Source: Candidatus Thorarchaeota archaeon (GTDB lineage Archaea > Asgardarchaeota > Heimdallarchaeia > Hodarchaeales > Hodarchaeaceae). Taken from it: a stretch of DNA of 21,293 nt. Below the pieces are notes generated by a model. The model was given only the letters and a program-made list of their open reading frames with translations, was not told the origin of the DNA and did no database searches. The position numbers and the translations under genes are program-made. Positions 19,101 through 21,293 of this stretch are shown one piece after another (positions within the stretch are counted from its first letter, which is position 1; each line of letters begins with the position of its first letter). The stretch lies in contig JBHLRO010000038.1 of NCBI GenBank assembly GCA_048882505.1, positions 1 through 21,293 on the forward strand. The letters are read 5' to 3'.

Positions 19101-21228
19101 AGCCATGGATCATATATATTGGATTGACATGAATTCCAACGGTATTGGAGAGTCTGGGGAATATTACTTGGGTGATTTTCTCTTCCAAGGCAAAGAATCA
19201 GTCATTTCCTCACAGTATCTCGAAGGGGGATCGACATCGTACTCTGGGCTGTTGCCGCTGCAAAGTACATCTACTGCAAATCTCCTCAGTCCCCAAGGTT
19301 ATAATTTTACTTTCATGGACTATACTGTGGGGATGGGTGAAATTGACGCAGGAACTGGACCCCGAAAATACCCAGCGGGTACCCGAGACTATTCCAAGAT
19401 CGTAGAGTGGGACGAATTTGAATTCCTCCTCCGATCCCTGCTCATCACTGATTATGACTATACTACCACGGATCTTGAATACCCCTCGAATGGCTCCTCC
19501 CCGTGGATAGGGCCACAACATCATGAAGTTTTGTGGGGTGACGCTGTCCAAGACTTCTTTACGCATACCAGCGGCGGGCAAATTCAGGTGGACAACCTTG
19601 ATGGCTGGGGGATGGTGTTGGCAAGCTTGGTATCAATACTCGATGCGGCCTCGGTCTATAAAGTTTCCCCGTATTGGGATCGCTCCGTGGATTATCCCAG
19701 CCTCGAGCTAGATCAAACTGGAACCGCATTTACAGATAGTACAGATTTTTGGGGGTTCCAGGATGCTAGTCTCACCACGGATCGATATTGGACGCCAGGT
19801 TACGCTGGGGTCACTTCATTCACGAGTGGGGGTGAAGTGGGACTCTCCTCATTTTATTCCGCTGATGCCTCAGAGAATACAACATACGGGGGACGTAAGT
19901 GGTATTTTTATGGGTTAGATACTGCGGAAAGTGGCGCTTATAAATTATCTCTTGCAGATCTTACTGATCCGCAATATAACGCGCTTACTCGGTTTGAGAA
20001 TGTCACCTCCCTTTCCGATCAGCGCATTATCGTCCAAGGTATTCGTCATTTTTCATATCTGGATCCAACAACCGAACTCGTGGATTATGAGACCTATTCA
20101 TTACAGTTGGCATCTTTGGATTTAGACGGCGACCAAAACCTCGAAACGATTGTGGTTCCTGCCCGATGGAACACAACCACAACGGATGGAGTTGCCACCA
20201 CTACGACGTTGGATCAGATCTACGATGATCCCTCAGACCTTTTTGTGAAATTGATTGATGAGGACGGTTCTGGTGTCTTCGAACGATATGAAAAGGGACC
20301 ATTAGGGAGGTATTTGGCCCCCGATTACATGGTCGGGAATGCCATGAATTGGATTCAATTAGACCAAGCTGAGCGCCCCTCCGATTCCCTGGGCTGGCTT
20401 ATGGAGTCGTTAAGCGGAATTATGATGGGTTTCTTAGAAACCCTCCCTGTCCTTTCAGATATTTTTGATCTGATCGTCCAAACGCTTACGTGGGGTGTGG
20501 TGGAAATTCTCGGTCTGGGCCTATCCCTTCTCCATTTGTTGTGGGATCCAATCGTACTAATGATCTTGACCAGAAGTACCTTGGTGATCGACCACATCGT
20601 ATACGAGGGGGAAATCGATTCCCGCGATGGAACCGAGAAGGATGACGGGCGGCAACGGATTGATGCCGCTGGCAATCCCTCCTCAACAGGCCAATATAGT
20701 CGGAGTTGGGGGATCAAGGGAAATGGTTTGGATGACACCTACGATCAAAACGTTATCAGCTATCTTCGCATGCTAGACCAGCTCATTGTCGCCATTCAAG
20801 ATTTCATCCAGGATGGTCACAGCGAATTCCTTGGTGGAAACGCCAATGAAGGGGTCATGGCCCTCAAAGAGGTCTTTGCTCGTGCTTATCAACAGCTCGA
20901 TCCCAATATTGAGATATCTGATTGGAAAGATATTCTTCATGGTGAATATCCTGGCAACGTGGATCTGTCGCCAGCGGTTGTTACTTCTACGGTTGAGAAT
21001 ATCATGGAGACGGGGGCGCCAGGAACATATGATGATGATCTGAAAAACCTACTACAGTGGTTGACGGATACGAATACTCAGATACAAGCTACCAAACGAC
21101 GTTCACACACCAAGACGATTGGGGGCGAACAAGACGAGAAGAAAGACCTAGCGGGTTCTGAGGGCCAACTTACCAAACGGCGGGTTCTGAGGGCCGCGAC
21201 CGCGGTTCGATCTGGGTCTAGGCCATAG
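16135..21228 (+). CDS. Giant predicted secreted/membrane-anchored glycoprotein (~1697 aa) with a LamG/ConA-like beta-sandwich and Ca-binding-like motifs; C-terminus possibly truncated
   Basis: Uninterrupted ORF. The start is reassigned to MALDRSKTYYVALCVFLVVGGLATAYS (signal/anchor). It has at least a dozen N-x-S/T sequons, a LamG-like LTPDQWYHIDIYYD...LTILVDN segment, DxDxDG-like motifs (DMNSNG, DLDGDQ, DEDGSG) and a hydrophobic stretch at about 20389-20586. Confidence 0.8.
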   Translation: MALDRSKTYYVALCVFLVVGGLATAYSTGREVQLIPHNPKRTPDKVVAYLNSYLNEKVNPTTLSDVLVTQYIEHPHEATDVMPLYPTQSIVQEYFLVNCSLTEIEFYLVPGEDPIGTDVGISIYTKPTNDSVWRLERYQPVSTRGLESTSQHIIIEAPRITVGHEGTYLRVMITNFGDENSDVVYVPLHRNFNEKITFSGINTAVDTDMGIFLTIKNRFRKLYGYRYFAVYEPGDGVQFYRSMYRTDQKGTPSVKSSEVIALFDDLTLLRKDSIYEPYIEFESPLEMFLPREIKESNLVQHVYRILKGIPGIGALFQYKPTPVVYSMGTSTVHKEDETFLTFTDRLIRQAQSDINFISVPVLKTLNLGREDGVLSLEEKINRLDSFEKHFVSVYNELESQFTYEMNDISPTQIELTKTDERGKLLSKWYFDLSRSLDEMVSEISVLDLTQSVTRISFLSLLNTLNSQYFSSKERGTSATQEIGRREHFHLVSQASTLNFNHLTKLMADVAKPEFLSDNVTILSNPNNGTFMVIDGTGKIVQEFMLAGSSEYFGISNPLVPSQENRLQMWLAKTFGPWANLQVPDKRPADTWSTTLYSMDEERDENDYWTPLINYSRPLALSPGGVGTTSRGWYAGNRIYDYSSSVPNWEDVSDVDWDTAGVTWSYGSTASDDLKIQGGDTGYWTGNINGHFMDNNGWLMLDLGDELPETTHWKVSFDIKKDEWPPLGSGAKQGDYISGSWVESGLGVHLTDDVGILELMTRNGTYSNDIEFWLPLQFGDGELLSDGYTSFIVYDPRFNYNYTRYNDVFNAGLPGAEQLWHWAGGTLNGDGLARYFHEMTYPHEDPSGLGVLKLTPDQWYHIDIYYDEYSHMLTILVDNRVVLSSLYMPPLVSGSRFENIWFYNFGRDTSVISNLYITDAVPSIMPFTTSVADVGRITGYLPGGGDDKGLDLTGAVIPYWNTDPLWPTQGKQQSDGIITTIGQSIQMGQGAMDHIYWIDMNSNGIGESGEYYLGDFLFQGKESVISSQYLEGGSTSYSGLLPLQSTSTANLLSPQGYNFTFMDYTVGMGEIDAGTGPRKYPAGTRDYSKIVEWDEFEFLLRSLLITDYDYTTTDLEYPSNGSSPWIGPQHHEVLWGDAVQDFFTHTSGGQIQVDNLDGWGMVLASLVSILDAASVYKVSPYWDRSVDYPSLELDQTGTAFTDSTDFWGFQDASLTTDRYWTPGYAGVTSFTSGGEVGLSSFYSADASENTTYGGRKWYFYGLDTAESGAYKLSLADLTDPQYNALTRFENVTSLSDQRIIVQGIRHFSYLDPTTELVDYETYSLQLASLDLDGDQNLETIVVPARWNTTTTDGVATTTTLDQIYDDPSDLFVKLIDEDGSGVFERYEKGPLGRYLAPDYMVGNAMNWIQLDQAERPSDSLGWLMESLSGIMMGFLETLPVLSDIFDLIVQTLTWGVVEILGLGLSLLHLLWDPIVLMILTRSTLVIDHIVYEGEIDSRDGTEKDDGRQRIDAAGNPSSTGQYSRSWGIKGNGLDDTYDQNVISYLRMLDQLIVAIQDFIQDGHSEFLGGNANEGVMALKEVFARAYQQLDPNIEISDWKDILHGEYPGNVDLSPAVVTSTVENIMETGAPGTYDDDLKNLLQWLTDTNTQIQATKRRSHTKTIGGEQDEKKDLAGSEGQLTKRRVLRAATAVRSGSRP
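21151..21195. repeat. 16-bp perfect direct repeat GCGGGTTCTGAGGGCC (x2) at the island's right junction
   Basis: Copies at 21151-21166 and 21180-21195, separated by 13 nt. The second copy overlaps the end of the rpl22 remnant. Confidence 0.9.
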
Positions 21229-21251
21229 ACAGATAACTTATAACTGGGCAA
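21195..21251 (-). pseudogene. rpl22: Orphaned 5' fragment of rpl22 (TTG start; L/M-PSYKLSVYGLDPDRTAVA)
   Basis: Matches the intact rpl22 N-terminus MPKYKLSVYGLDPDRTAVS: 41/54 nt are identical over codons 1-18, with 10 synonymous third-position differences and one amino-acid change after the start codon. Similarity ends abruptly after codon 18-20. Confidence 0.9.
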
Positions 21252-21293
21252 TCTGGAATCAACTATCTACATTACTATGTGTTTTTCTATAAT

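Larger units (their letters stand above)
14932..21194. mobile_element. Putative integrated element/genomic island (~6.2 kb, probably defective) inserted in the 5' end of rpl22
   Basis: Flanked by same-strand diverged copies of the rpl22 5' end (14932-14988 vs 21195-21251), which share a perfect 14-bp block TCTAGGCCATAGAC (14954-14967 = 21217-21230). It contains accessory-type cargo. No integrase or transposase ORF is visible, and the boundaries are approximate. Confidence 0.7.

Noticed and set aside
21200-21217. GGTTCGA resembling a tRNA T-loop (a tRNA att site) at the right junction
   Set aside because: There is no T-stem pairing or cloverleaf, and the sequence is fully explained as antisense rpl22 codons.
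21196-21228. Identical antisense peptide TAVRSGSRP* encoded by both rpl22 copies, suggesting dual coding with the giant ORF
   Set aside because: In this antisense frame the third codon positions coincide with those of rpl22, so synonymous changes are silent in both frames. It is not independent evidence of selection.

Overview
Archaeal genomic window, probably from an Asgard-type archaeon (inferred from archaeal ribosomal proteins, TACK/Asgard-like 23S signatures and the type of TPR protein; not proven). From left to right it holds the 5' two-thirds of an unlinked 23S rRNA gene (- strand), a Cys/His-rich miniprotein plus a three-gene ABC-2 exporter, a divergent HxlR/DoxX pair, a TPR protein and a TPR-HEPN protein. 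Next is a - strand ribosomal operon segment (rpl22-rps3-rpl29-rpp29-rps17-rpl14-rpl24-rps4e-rpl5-rps14, with rps14 missing from the ORF track) coupled to a Taw2/Trm5-family tRNA modification gene. The main discovery is a ~6.2 kb island (about 14932-21194) that appears to be integrated inside the 5' end of rpl22. A second, synonymously recoded copy of the first 18-20 codons of rpl22 lies at 21195-21251 on the same strand, which is the signature of an element that supplies a replacement 5' end and promoter for an essential gene. The island has no visible integrase. It carries one ~1,700-aa predicted secreted glycoprotein, a decayed DNA methyltransferase fragment, a 67-bp-periodic non-coding repeat array, an insulating terminator and a repeat-rich right junction.
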